In this document: positions 47,801 through 60,800 of the stretch, piece by piece | Position numbering within the stretch: position 1 is the first letter of the stretch | Layout of the letters: the number at the start of each line of letters is the position of its first letter | NCBI RefSeq assembly: GCF_001447785.1 | Contig: NW_015165245.1 | Location: 434,795-498,794, forward strand | Direction: 5' to 3' | Source of the DNA: Gekko japonicus | Lineage: Eukaryota | Length of the DNA stretch: 64,000 bases | Notes under the pieces: generated by a model | What the model saw: the letters and a program-made list of their open reading frames with translations, nothing else | What the model was told of the DNA's origin: nothing | Databases searched by the model: none | Position numbers and translations under genes: made by a program

Positions 47801-50159
47801 GCATATGCTTTTTCACACCTGAAAGTAGTGTGGCCTAGTTCCATTCATGTCTATTTGGAAGTACATCCTACCGAATGTTAGGACACTTATTTTCATAGAA
47901 TTGCATAAAAGATTGCAGTCTTAATTGACTGTCAGGACATGTCTATTAACCATAGCTGTACAATTTTCTTTTGGTAAATAGCATCTAAGGTTTTTTCATC
48001 CATGGTATTTAGTTTATCTAGAAATTCAAGGGAATTCTTCGTACCATCATTTTTTGTACCATCCATGTGGATAATGGTACATGATAAAAAAAACTTGACT
48101 AGTTTGCTTCAGGCCCTGCTGTTTTCCATTAGCTTACCCAGTCATCATCAGCACACAGTGGCCAGTTCTTATCTTGTTTGCAGTCAGACTGAGCTTTATG
48201 CTCCACTATTCTTGGACCACGTACTCCTCCTCCATGTTCTTCAAAGGTGCTTTCACCCTCTGCTGCCTGTCATAGAAGGGGGAGTGGGGGAGACAATAAG
48301 GTACACTTACTCATCTCATAGTAATAATTCCTTGAGTTAAAAACCAGAAATACATATCAGTGGTAGAACATTTATAGGGCTGGATCCAGACAGCTTTCCC
48401 ATTGCTGAAAAATGGAGGAGGGGTCCCCTTTGACCACCATAAAGGCTATGATGGATATCATGGGACTTGCAGCATGGAATAAAAGTCTCATGAGATAGGA
48501 ACTGTATTAAAGAGGATAACTGGGCAAGATTAAGTGAAAAAGCTGTCTGTATCTAACACATACGTAAAATAAAGTCATCAGCTGCACACAAGTACTTCTT
48601 ACTGTTTGCATTATTTCACCTGAACATTTACATTAAACTCAAATAAATTTGGTACTTGTTCTGTGCTTCAACAATCCTTTCATAAATCTCAAAACTAAAC
48701 TGAATAGATTATAATACTAAATAATGAAAACATCACCATTTAATTGCCTCTGTTTATGTTTAAATATTGCTAAGGGGTAGGAGGGACATTTTTAAAAGAC
48801 AGGGCACAAATCCAGGCAATTTTAAGTCAGGATTAACTTCCCAATAAAATTAATGGGATTTAAAGAGCTTTGACTAGCTTGTGCCCATACCGTGATTCTA
48901 CAAGACTATAGAATCGTATGATGCAATCTGATTTCAGGCTTGGCCCTTAGAATCCATGACAATCTGCAAGGGTAGATATATTTCATGAAAACCCATGAAG
49001 TCAAGCAGAAGCCTTTAGTTTCTCTGGTATTTTAGTTAAAGTCCTTAACTTTTCAGCCATATGTTGTGGAAGGTTTTCTTCAGGTTAGTTTTATCACCTC
49101 TGTCCTAAGTTATTAAGCATCTTCAGGTTATATACTAACAATAAATGTACTGTTGGTCTACTCCAATAGTTTTCAAATGTTTTTAGGTCAGACATACTTC
49201 TAAGCTTATTGTACTTCTGAATTTACTGTATTTTGGGGATCCACTTATAACATAACTTCATGCTACCTTCTATCTTTCAAGCAAATGATGTTTCCTCTGG
49301 TTGGATTAAATAAATTCAGAATATGCTATGTATGCAGATTCCATTCAGTTAATTTCTTAGTTTAAAGAAATTAGAGCAACTTGGTCTGAAGGAAATTGGA
49401 ATTTTTGCTGCACTAAAATCATAAACTGTTTCTGGGGTTTTATTGTTATATTACATTGTAATTCATTCATTTTTCTTACAATATAATTATACACTTCATT
49501 AAAAAAAACCTAAACAATAATCTGGCTATTCTGATTTTGCAAAAAAATGTTCATAATTTCATAGAGTTCTCAAAAGACTACTTCTTGATATTGTGTGAAA
49601 AATAGAAGGTAATTTGCTCAGAATATAAATATTTTCAATCAATCAATTAATCATAAAGAGATGTTGTTAAAGCATTATGTTGCACCAATCCACATGCAGA
49701 TAATATTCATCTGGATATACTCATTTGGGTCATCAGTGAACTGCATCTTATGAGGAAGAACAGGAAACACATTTCTCATCATGGGACTCTGTTTAATGTA
49801 ATCAGTTGTTCCTAGTTAAACTGGGGGCACTGGTCTTTTTGTATATATACAAAAAGAAATAAATAACTATAGCTTTCACATCCTTGATCCAAACATATGA
49901 AGGGGAAAAGAACACACCTATTTCATTTTTCTGTTACGTGGTTGCATTAAGGCTGCTTTTAGCACAAATACATTGCCTCTTAAGTTAGTAAGCAGTTGAA
50001 GGAACAGAATGACCAAAAAAGGACCAATTGTAATGACCAAAAGACCCCCCCCAAAAAAAAAACAACAACCCCAAACCCACAGGTCAAGCAGATAAATTTA
50101 ACTCATACCCAAGTGATGCTGAAGCACAGCAGTGCATAGAAGAATCTCATCTGAAACAT
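41134..50159 (-). CDS. FGA: Fibrinogen alpha chain (complete): Aalpha 466 aa, stop at 42223; extended alphaE 696 aa
   Basis: Exons 50109-50159, 48138-48266, 47164-47347, 44325-44470, exon 5 from 43113 to 42223 (short form) or to 42243 (alphaE donor), and 41134-41843. Thrombin site GGGVR|GPR, CPSGC and CHGSC rings, and an alphaE FReD domain. Confidence 0.97.
42223..43113 (-). CDS. FGA: FGA exon 5 (alphaC region), with internal donor at 42243/42242 for alphaE
   Basis: atacag|GTG GAT ATT GAT ([10 protein letters not shown]...). ACA G|gtatc is the alternative donor; read-through gives GIHHRK*, analogous to the mammalian GIHTS... tail. Confidence 0.95.
   Translation of the reverse strand: MDIDIKVRACHGSCARGVAFNVNPESYDTIRKQLVQVSGINLQPEFQSNPLRVLKIRPLKDSTVPEHYKSLLLSEEDTKTLNKLSLYEAVLEGPGSASGGSAVVTKHVVSEAGSDRQPHTTKVVTPGFLDGLPEETGGSINIKVTSTGGGSGFSDLRLSDVKEFFTPDATSKLHGTSTRTHVEHFEGPDIISDLQEGEDDDFRMIHLLPESHSKTSGTSSHSRTVITSSSRTSSVSKGGSTFETKSLKISSPFEETHSLQHDESGEDAPDFRARSLSTGGEKLGESYIGTGIHHRK
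44325..44470 (-). CDS. FGA: FGA exon 4
   Basis: tctag|AT AGA GAC AAT...TTA GAG|gtagg; 146 nt. Confidence 0.95.
44993..45040. repeat. (CCTT)n microsatellite
   Basis: About 12 tandem CCTT units. Confidence 0.95.
45334..45626 (+). mobile_element. Squam3-like SINE in FGA intron 3
   Basis: Same family as the copy at 37497; CTT tail. Confidence 0.85.
47164..47347 (-). CDS. FGA: FGA exon 3 ([14 protein letters not shown]...)
   Basis: ctttcag|GGC TCT AAA TGT...TAT G|gtaag; 184 nt. Confidence 0.95.
48138..48266 (-). CDS. FGA: FGA exon 2 (fibrinopeptide A, knob A GPR)
   Basis: gacag|[43 protein letters not shown]|gtaag; 129 nt. Confidence 0.95.
50109..50159 (-). CDS. FGA: FGA exon 1 (signal peptide [17 protein letters not shown])
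   Basis: ATG TTT CAG ATG AGA...ACT TGG|gtatg; phase 0. Confidence 0.9.
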
Positions 50160-50214
50160 CTTCAGAAAGTTGTGGATCTCACACAAAGGGATACCTTGAC
50201 TTAGGTGCTTTGGT

Positions 50215-50270
50215 TGAATTTAAACCTTTAAAAAAAACAAAAAAACCCCTCTTGATTAATGATTAGTTTC
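50215..50270 (-). promoter_or_regulatory. FGA proximal promoter (HNF1-like site, TATA-like TTTAAA)
   Basis: GATTAATGATTAG at about 50254-50266 resembles the HNF1 consensus; TTTAAA at about 50219-50224; 60-110 bp upstream of the ATG. Confidence 0.55.
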
Positions 50271-50494
50271 CTTCTGTTTGCAAAGCCAGGGACAACTTAG
50301 ACTGGACCTAGTATCTATTGCACAAACGTTTGTTTGCTGGAGGTACGTTTGCACAATACCAGCAAAAATGGGGGATGGGGTGGGGGTGGATAAGCATACC
50401 TTCTTCCGAGAAAGGAAATTTGTAAAGTTTATTTTCTAGAGTCTTGACATGGAGAGGAAATACTAAATTCTGACAAATGTGATGTAATATGAAC

Positions 50495-50680
50495 AAGATC
50501 TGAGTCCAGTAGCAGTTTGAACAAGATTTCCAGGATATAAACTTTCAAGAGTCATAGCTCCCTTTGTCAGATACTCTGACTCTGAAAGCTTCTAACCCAG
50601 AAATCTTGTTGGTCTTTAGGGTGCTACAGGACTTGCATCTTGCCCTTCTACTGAAGACCAACATGGCTACCCACCTGAAA
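50495..50680. mobile_element. Palindromic Penelope-like (PLE-derived) repeat
   Basis: gagtccagtagca...aacaagatt vs aatcttgttggtctttagggtgctacaggact form inverted arms; same family as about 20535-20870. Confidence 0.55.
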
Positions 50681-52749
50681 TTGTCTTCATTGACATAATA
50701 TATCTTGTACAACACATTGGTGTTTTTTGTATTACAGGAATGATGTGCTTGCCAGTCTGGTATGTCCATTTCTCATGATGCTCTTGTAGTTTTGAATATG
50801 GGATATTACTTGGGCATGGACAATAGTGTGGCTACACTCCATATCAGCACTGCTCAGTTTTCCCCATGTGACATTAAAGTAGGAAAACTCATGTTGTCAG
50901 CCCTTCCTATATGATCTTCCAGATTTAAACATTACCAGAGCAGCATAGAAAGCAGCCTCAGGACTGCAGCAGTCATACACTGTCCTTTTAGCATAAAACT
51001 GCCCCATAGCTTTAATTGCTTTGAGATTAAGGGTATTTTCCACATGTCTTTGTTGCCCACTGAAGAATGTCCAGTGAAGTCCACCTTCCTCTCCCCCTTG
51101 GAGAACACCTTCATCCTGTAAACACAAAGAAGGTGGCGTTCTTTTCCTTTTCCTGGGTGAGAGGGCAATATGAAACTGATGGGAGTTTCAAAAAGTACTT
51201 TTGATATGGGATGCAGTGGAAACTGGAAACAAAGTTAAACAAAAATCCAATGGGCATGTCCAAGCTTTTGGGTGTACTGTAAGCAACTGTTTGGCCCAAA
51301 TGAATGTTCACATTTCTTTCTGTTTACATTAACAATCATCATTTTTGGTTTGTACAAAGTAAGAGCCACTAATAAAATTCAAAGTCCTGTAGCGCTGTAG
51401 GTTATCTAATAGTAGACTGGCAAATCCACAAAACCACAAAACTGGGCCACCCACACACTGATAGACCCAGAGAGGAATATGACCTTGTAAAGACCCTTGC
51501 TAGTGTGATGAACTCTAACAGTGCTCCAGAAAGTGCAGATTAACCTGAAAGGAAAAAAAGGAGGATAAATCAGCCTTTTCAGGGCTCTGAGAACTGAAAG
51601 AATCCTAGAGGTCAAGATTGCAGTGGAGATTCCAAATTGTCCCCTACCTCCTATGATTCTTTGTGGGCCCTCAGTTTTTCAGTGTTAAAGTCTAGACATA
51701 AGTAGGGTCTTCCTGGCAGAGCTCCCATGCCTTTAGCTGCATGCATGTCAAAGGGGGGAGGGAACCTAACAGTGCAGCTTTTCCTCCAGTGGAAATGCAG
51801 TTACTGGAAAAGCACATGGAAAACATTATTGTATCTGTGCCAAAGCAACATAAGGTGCCCTCCCAACACAGCAATAAATAAGAGCTCTGTTTTCTCAGTT
51901 TGCAGCATATGCTGAATTTTGCTTAAACACTGGCAGATGTTAGATATTAGTATTGCACCTTATTTCATTTCCCCCCAGTGTGTTTTATGCAGAATGCTTC
52001 ATGCCAATGACACGGACTTAAAGCCTTACTGCAGTTTTGAAACCCTGAAGGCAGAAACACTGTAATTCAGCAATATACAAACCGCTTTGGGTGGCAGCAG
52101 CTATTTTCATCTCAAGGATTCAGGAGTGAACTAGCCCCTCAAATCAAGCTCAGATAAGTGTCTTCATTGCTGAGATAAGTGCTTTGATTGGTCCAGACTA
52201 AATTTGGCTTTCGGGCTTCCAGATAGCTTTTGTAAACATATAGTTCTTAGTTAAATACAGAGTGTCTCAGACTGAGTCTGCACAATAGTTAGTATACCCC
52301 ATTCTATGCTAATAATTCTGGAAGATGGTGCTGTCTTGATAGGGTGGTGTGATACCAAACTTAAGAGAGTTAGCCATTAAGAACAAACAGTAGGATAACT
52401 CTCTAAAGACAAGGGCTGCCATTTTCCAGTTCCCCAAAGCTGGGGAGACAAATTGGCTCCTTGTATAACTTACTTTTTAATCATGCTAATCAGGCATGTG
52501 TCTACTATTATCTATTTTGTGTCTACCGCAAAGCATCTTTTTACTTGACCATATATTTGTGCTTCCTTCTTCTCAGATAACAGCACAGCTGAGCATGTAC
52601 TGAGCATGTCAGTTATAGCTGTGATTTTCATCATTGGCTACAAAAATCAAAAACAGGAGTGGGCTTGTTTTAATTAAAGACTGGGGAGAAAACTTCCTGT
52701 AGATTTATCTCATCAAGATCTAGGAAGAGGCTTACTCTTTTAATGAAAG

Positions 52750-55700
52750 GATGACTAAACCCTACTGTAGCCCATCTCTGAGTTATGCCAGCATATCCCA
52801 AACATATGCCAGGATAAAGTGGCAAGTCATGCTGGTGTCATGCCAGCACCAAGACAGAGCACCAAGACTACTACACCAGTGCAGAATGAGGAGGGCATGC
52901 AATGGGTGAAATGGGATTTAGACCCCTGAGCCTCTCTTGCCCTGGATATGTCTCCAACACCAGCACAATGTTATGACAACGAAAACCTGGCATATAGGAA
53001 AACAAAGTGGAAGTTCAGGGGAGAACAAAGTGTTCTCACCCTTCCCTCCCCATTCCCATGTACTGTCACAATTTAAAATGCCAACTAAACCTAATGCCAA
53101 CTAATCACAGACTTCCCCAGAAGCCAGCCACATGGCTTTATAGAAGCCAGCCCCAATGATGAGAGGGTGTGCAGTATGGGCATAATTTTATGACCCATGC
53201 CATGTACACTTAGAGCACAGACTCTCACATTTGGGTGATGGAAACTGCACACAAAAGACACTTAGCATGATAGAAGGGACACTCAGCACAAACCGCCGAG
53301 GGACAGAACAAATATTGTTTCTACATTTGTCTAATGCTGTTCTGCTCAGGATACCTTGCACACCAGAAAGGGAGTGGGGGTTAAAGGACAATGCACCACA
53401 CATAGGTAAACATGGGTGGGGGAATCCTAGCCCTCACCTGGGACTGTGTCAGAACCCACAGCTAACAACGAAGTACACGCATTCAGAAATGGTTATACTT
53501 TTATTGCAAAGCTATAGATGCAGTAACACAGGCACTGTTAAGAATGGCGGCAACCCATTGAGCATAATAGGATATAGGGCATTCGTATGCACCCCCCCCC
53601 CATGGCATGGGCCAATTAGCTACCCACGCGCAGGACCAGCTAGGAAACCGTTAGGTGGCAAAAGCTGGGAAGCAGTAGTCTCTCACGGTACATAGGAGAC
53701 TTCCAGACAATACAACCTCCAACACAACCTCCTCCTGCACATCTGTAGAGATAAACATTTCAGCACAGGCAGAACAGTAGAGATAGGAATGCAATAGCAA
53801 TTCCCAAGACACAAAATGAACTCCCCAACCCCCATGGCAGCATAGCATGCAGCTCTCTTCCCCTGCCTGTCTGTACCTTCTTTGTGTATTCCCTCAAATA
53901 TTCTGTCCTCTATGACAATTGCTAGCAGTAAAGGTGTACACTGCATTGCAAATGGAGGACACCTACGATGACAGCTGCAGTCTGGGAGGACTACCAGTCA
54001 CCCTACTCCAATTGGAGTGCCATTGGCCAAACACTCATGGTGCCTGTTGCTTTCCAGACCAGAGCCCTATGGAGCAAGCCCAGTAGATGTGCAGACCCAG
54101 TTCTACTGCAGCTCCCCACAAGGGATGCATCAGTGTTGGCTTAGTGGTTTCCTATGTCCCCCAATAGGGTCAGTCAGCCATCAGGGAACACCCTTCAAAG
54201 TGGAGGGTGGAATTGCGTTCCCTGCTTAAACATGATGTACAGAACTCTGGAAGTCACTTGGTGTTTGCTACAAGTGTGGAACATTACTCATTGCTTTCCC
54301 TTGAGTCTCTTTGATCTCTGCAGGCAGCCGTCCATCAGGGAAGGGGTCAGGAAGGGCTGCCTGCAGAGCATTCCCAGTATGATGCCAATCATCAGCCATG
54401 CCTATGGAATAACCCACAGCTGCAGTGACTGGCATGGATCTTGCTACTCTTGCCGTGCCAACTCCTTGTACCAATCTAGCTCCTGCACCACCCAAGCAGT
54501 TCAAACAGTTGCTCATCCTGCAGTTATTCCACCCATGAGCATGCAGTGATTGGTAAGTGCTATCTGTGACTCTGTGTGGTATGTCAGAGTAGCTTGCAAA
54601 GACACAGGAGCCTCACCAGAATGAGGGAGATGGCAACCTCAATCATCTGACTTGGTTCCAGTCTTCTGATGCTGTTCAATAGATATGAGAATTGCCCTAT
54701 AACTGTGTCTTTATTTGATTGGGGCTTGACAGATCAGATTTGGTCCCTCCTCATTGGCTCCTGACCCCAGCTGTCTTCAGCATGTGGGTCACACCAGGAG
54801 GAGTAGAGGGTGGCAGAGGTATGTTCTTGCATGGGGAAGGGACTCCAGGTTGCACACTCCCCACCACCGCTGTTGTCACCCAAAACCCCATAAAACTTCT
54901 GGAAGGGGGAGGCAGGCAGGAATGGACGCAGAGACCTCTGGGATATATGAAAGGGGACAAAGTTTATGAGCTCCTGTTTAGTGGGAGATGGTGCATAGGA
55001 AGCTTGCCAGTCAAAATGGTGGCTACGTTGGGATGCCAATCAGCATCTCACATTATTTGAATCCATGGGGTAAAATGGGTTTGGGGCTCTCTCCAGATTG
55101 GCTTTCCTTCCATCACAGATTTTGAACCAAGAGCCTTCATTATGCTGTGCCTTTTCACTCTGCTATACCTTTTGTGTGCTGTTCTCCCTGTCCTATGTTC
55201 TTGGTGCTGACATCAGGGCTGCTGAGGGATGCCGAACTTTCTGGGTTGTTCCTGTGCACACGGTTGGGTGAGCAGTCAAAGAACTGCTCCCAAGTGTGCA
55301 AGGAATGGGTTCTAGTCTGCCTCTAGTTTTGCAGCTGTTTGGCCTGTTGCTGAGCATAAAGTGATCTTTTCCTTCAGGCCAGCATCCCATTCCTGGGAAT
55401 TGAACTGATGCCTCTCACTTGTCACATGGTGCTTTCCTCCAGTGAACTATCATGGGTTGATAGAATACTCTTGGAAGGTGCAGTTCTGTGTGCCCATGTT
55501 GTAGTCCCAGCACCTGCATTCTCACTGCCTGACAAAGGAGCTGATGTACAGGACTGTGCAACCTGGAGATCCTTCCTTTCCTTGCCTCCAAACCCTTGAA
55601 CCCATGGGTATCTGATTGTGGCTACACCAGCAGAGTGAGCTATGGAAATGTAGGAATGCTCTGGCTGGAGAGAGAGACCATGTTTTCTTCCTTGTTTGTT

Positions 55701-56130
55701 TTCCTGGAAAAAGGGAATGTAACTGCGGACATGGACTTGAATCCCTATCTGCAGAGTTCCCTGGCTTATTCTGAGGCTCATTCTTTGGTGTAGGGGGATG
55801 CTCATTACTAGGCAGGGAACTGTGCTCCCCCCTGGTGTATCTGCACATGGGGGGAAACTGCCTGACATCAATGGACTGAGGTATTGGTTGGCTGTGCTCA
55901 TGTGTGCTATTTACAGGGGCATCAGCAGCATACTGATCCTTGATCGGTGGAGCTCACTAGGATTGCTATGAACTCTGATGTAGACACTATGCAGTCTGAA
56001 GGCAAAAGGCATTTGTCGCTTATTTCCCTTCTTCAGAATGGCCATAGGTTTCTAAGTACTGGCACTAGCATGCTGTTGGCAACAGGGTGGTCTGAGGATA
56101 GGGTAGTTCACAGAGTAATGCTCCCATTCA
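52750..56130 (-). mobile_element. Possible highly decayed PIF/Harbinger-like DNA transposon
   Basis: GC-richer block between FGA and FGG with only vague, frameshifted resemblance to Harbinger transposase motifs on the minus strand. No TIR or TSD identified. Confidence 0.25.
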
Positions 56131-57682
56131 ATTAAAAGATAACAGAAACATTTTTGGAAGAAGAGTAGATGACGATGAAAGAATCACTAAGAATAAATGG
56201 TATGAACTCTGTGAGAGAGATTCTGGTACACGAACACCTATATAACGTAAATAAATATGATTTAGCCATGAGACATGCTTATGTTACCAAATTTGGTAAC
56301 GCTGAGTTTTATTCACAAAACAATTTGCCTTCTTAAAAAAGTGCAGTTGACCATCTCCAATAAAATGCAGGCAACCTTAAATAAAGGAACAATTGACAAT
56401 TGTCATATATATGTGATATCCTAGTACATTTTGGATGTCTTTCTTTCTTACTGAGCAGTATATATACTGATGGATAAGCAAGGACTACAAGTACATATTT
56501 TTAAACTGATATTTTGAAGATAATTTTGAGCTTTACCAGAATTCTATGCATGGGGTGGCTATTTTGACATATTTCATTTTTCCATATTTATTGGAACAGA
56601 CACTGGACATACTAAACAACCACCACAAATAGTTATTCTAATCCCAAGGATTTTTAGCCTTTACAGAAAGAGGTTATGTACACACAGAAGCTATTCTATT
56701 ACTGTTACCTGCAAACACAACCATTTAACTTCAAGATCCATACTTGAGAATGTGGCATTTGTGAGCCATTCTTTTTTCCCTCCTCACAACCTAGTATAAG
56801 ACCCAAGGCTTCTTATTATTTTTTTGTACTCATATATAAGGTTGCACCAATTTCTACCAGTTCTCTCCTCAGGATTTGGGAGACCACTGACAAAAGTGCG
56901 GGTTTTCAGTATCAGTGAGTACTATCACAAAAAGGGCCTGACAATACTGCATGTTTATGCAGTGCATAGAAATTGTGGGCTGTGGTAGGCTGTGATCAGA
57001 CGGCAGGCTTTGGCACAGTCTGGTCATGCCTCTAATTTCTCCAGAGCTAATTGTTCTGGAGAGGTGTGACCAGACATGCCACCCTATTCTTGCCTTACCC
57101 CACGGTCAGTTGTCCAGACTGCCACTGCACGGTCACCATGGAGAAGATAGGCAAGCAGCTTCTTTTTAAAATATACTGTAATGTGTGCATGCGCATAACT
57201 GCTTATTCACTAGGCGCGGATATGCAGTTATCGGCACATTGCTAACTAAAAAAAAAGGCAGCTGGGGACCAGAAGCACCAAACATCACCAAGCAACTTGA
57301 GCACGCAAAGGAGAGATCAGATGCCCGGAAATCCATTCAGCTAACATGGCTAATAGCCACTGATATAGCTTTATATAGTTTAGTTTTTTTTTTAAATCAT
57401 TTTAAAACTAGTGGTCATTACCATAATTTGTGGCAGCAAATTCCATATATTGGTGATTCATACTGATAAGATTTGATTTTGAATATAAGCAGTTTGAAAT
57501 ATCTAAAGAAAGCTGGATCTTTCATAATAATGAGACTGTACTTGTGTACTTGTTAGTTAAATGAGATAAACAGAACTATATTAAGTTAAAATAGTTTAGA
57601 GAATATTTTCTATATGATCGCAGTATGGAATATGCTCAAACTTTGTTTAGGCATGAAGTTATCACTAACTAAATCTAAATTT

Positions 57683-57876
57683 TTAAATGTCTCCTCGACT
57701 TCCCAGTCCCTGTTTTATTTCTCCAGCCTGTCCTCCTCCTAGTGCTGCAAGTCTGCTGAATGGAATAATTTTCATTGATGTTTTCTTCATGGAATACCAC
57801 CGAGAACGCCAGGTTGCCCAGATAATACCATTATCATATCCCGATGGGCCAGAATCTCTCTCAGTGTATTCACCAC
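57683..57876 (-). CDS. FGG: FGG terminal exon (...[11 protein letters not shown])
   Basis: attacag|GT GGT GAA TAC...GGA GAC ATT TAA. Confidence 0.93.
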
Positions 57877-60800
57877 CTGTAATGGAAGCAACATTACAAT
57901 ATGTAAGTGGCTTGTGAAGGATTTTTACATAGTTGCATAGGGTAAACTGCATTTAACATTTCTGTCTCTCCTGCTCCAAATATTTATTTTAACATTTCTG
58001 TAGTCCTAAGTATGTTTATTTAGAACTGAGTTTCACTGAATTCAATTAGCCTTATTGCCTAGCAAGTACTATTAGTTTCTAAACACTAATAACACAAAAG
58101 ATGTAAATGTCACTCAATCACAAATAAATGCTTCCTTTGGGGCATTCCCATGCACTTTTTCTAGGTTCATAAAAGGTGTGACCAGAAGCATACACTTAGT
58201 GTTCTAATTCTCAAAAAGATTATGCCACTGTGACCACAGTCCAGCCAAAGCCAAGCATTTTTACATTGCACTGATGTCAGCAGAATGTTAAACATGTGCT
58301 TAACTTTGTTCAGTGGCACTTAAATGTGCTTAACTTTGGCTGGATTGTATCCTTTAATGTTCATTATAACACTGTTTATCCAAACAGCTTTGCAGACCCC
58401 CAAAATATACAAACTTGGGTATAGTGTTCTGTAGCACTTTGCTGTGACCTAGTTGGCCCAGGCTAGCCTGATCTCATCGGATCTCAGAAGCTAGGCAGGG
58501 TTGGTCTGGGTTAGTACTTGGATGGGAGACCACCAAGGAATTCCAGGGTCGCTTTGCAGCGGCAGGCAATGGCAAAGCACCTCTGAACATCTCTTGCCTT
58601 GAAAACCCTATGAGGTCACCATGTCAGCTGCAACTTGACAGCATGTTACACACATAGAGCACTGTGGATGTCAAGAACACAATCCAGTGGGATGACCTTC
58701 TACTCTCCCATGCTCCTATGCAACTCTCCATTCATTTCAATAGAGTTTTTGCAGGAGAGCGCTTTCCAGAAGACTGTCTGAATATGTCACAATAAAGCTA
58801 AACTTTCTAGGCAACAGCTTTCTTCAGTAGATGCTTAAGCTAATAATGTAATAATATATAAATGATTGAGGTTATAGAAAATTCTATGGATGTGTAAAGT
58901 TTCAAGATAGATTATCTTCTGGGTCACATTTTGTTTATTTAACAGAGTCATTTATTTAATACATTTATATTCCACCTTGTAGTTTTAGTGGAATTCTTAC
59001 AGCAGCTCATTAAAATCATAGTACTAAAATAGCAATCATATGAAGTCTTCGGAAGACTACACGGTAGACATTGTAAATAGCAGCAGCAAGATTCATGCTA
59101 AACATGCTTCAAAGGCCTGCTAGATTAAAAAAAATCTTGACTGCATTTCCCTGAAAGCTTAAGACCGAAGAGTCAGGCCTTTCTAAGCAGCAGGCTACAG
59201 TTGAGATGGGCTTGCGCTTTACTGCCACCTGTCTAATTTCGGGAGAAAGGAGGATGTGGAGGAAAGCATCTCCTAAACACACAGGAAGGTTAATTTTATT
59301 ACCTCTGTAATATTTGCCATTAAGGTGACCAGCGTGGCATCTGTTCATCCACCATCCAGATCCATCTTGGTCAGCACAGTTGCCGTCATATTTATCGTTG
59401 TCACTGTCATGTGTACTGAACTGCATGCCATTGTGAGAGGTAAAGAATTTGTCACTTGGATCATCCCCAAAATCAAAGCCATCAAAGGCATCTCCAGCAT
59501 CACCTCCAACAAAGAAAGCGTAGGTCAGGCGATATTTGTCTGCTTCAGCTCCTATTTTGAAGTGAGCATAATCTGCATGGCTGTTAAAAAATAGACACAT
59601 TAAAACTTCAGATTTTAACAGTGTGGTCAATGAGATAATGTGATGCAAGCACTTCAAAGATAATATTCTGGAGTGTGTTGCTATGTTTCCCCTAAAACTG
59701 CAGTTCACACTCTCAGTAACTTCAGTAGTAATGTATTTCATCTCAGCAAATGCACAAGTGAACAGGAATCATTTGGCCCCCACTACATGGTTAATACAGT
59801 CAGTAGTGTACTTTACTGCTTAAATTGCTTCTGGAATAAACTTCTGCACTCTGGGTCATGTCATAGTAAGTAAAGGGTTTACTCATTTCTATAACTGAAT
59901 GTGGTATTTTAGTTCAAAATAGCAATCCTTTCTATAGTTGCACATATCACACAAAAGAACACCGGGGTGTATCAGCGGTCTTTCAATAGTGCTAAACTGT
60001 AACATCAAAGAGAGGTATGCTGGATATGCTTCAATTGCTTTTTGGTTGATACGTTTTCTTTAAAATGAAAAAATTATAATACTGTGTTGTACTTGCAGTG
60101 GTGAAGGCACCAAAGCCAACTGAGTTGGTATATTTATAAATATTTTATCTATTCTAGCAACACAACTGTCAGAATATTGCAGTCCAGCTTTTATGAGGCT
60201 GAGGAGTAAAATTTCATGCAGATTTTAGGAACCAGAATAGCTTGGTTTGGCAGTCTGAGAGCTGGGAAGAAGTCTCAGGAGTTCAGGAAGCTTAGGGGCA
60301 AGATACTCAGAGGCAGAGGCTGCAGTTTTCTAGCTCTTACCCATTGTTCAATCTCTAGGAAACCCTTACATTAGAGGTTTACAAATTGTGTTGCTAAGGC
60401 TTCTCTTGACACTATTTTCTTCTAACTCAATGGGCACAAATGCAGCATTACAAGCAAATTCAAAATCTTTCAGTTATCTTCAGAGTTTAATTGCCTACTT
60501 TGGAAAATAAATGGTGAACTTGCAAATGCCAAATCCCTATTGAATCCTAACGCACACTTATTTATTTTTAAGACATTTTCCCCCCATAATTTTTACCAAG
60601 GCCCCTAAATAAGCTTACAAGAAATGTTAAATAGTAAAAAAAACTGGCTCTTGACCTTTATTTCTCACATTCTACCTGATGTACTCTGGATTGTGCAAGG
60701 TGTCACTTAAATCTGGATTCTCAAGAATACATCAGGTAGAGTGTGGGAAATAGAGACATTCATTTCACAGTACTAAGGACATTTTAAAATGGAAAGACTG

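Noticed and set aside
49721-49746. Possible micro-exon in FGA intron 1 (polypyrimidine tract, ag|ATGCAGTTCACTGATGACCCAAATGA|gtatat)
   Set aside because: At 26 nt (or 20 nt from the next AG) it is not frame-preserving, and the donor is weak. Inclusion would cause a stop in exon 2. At most a cryptic or relic exon.
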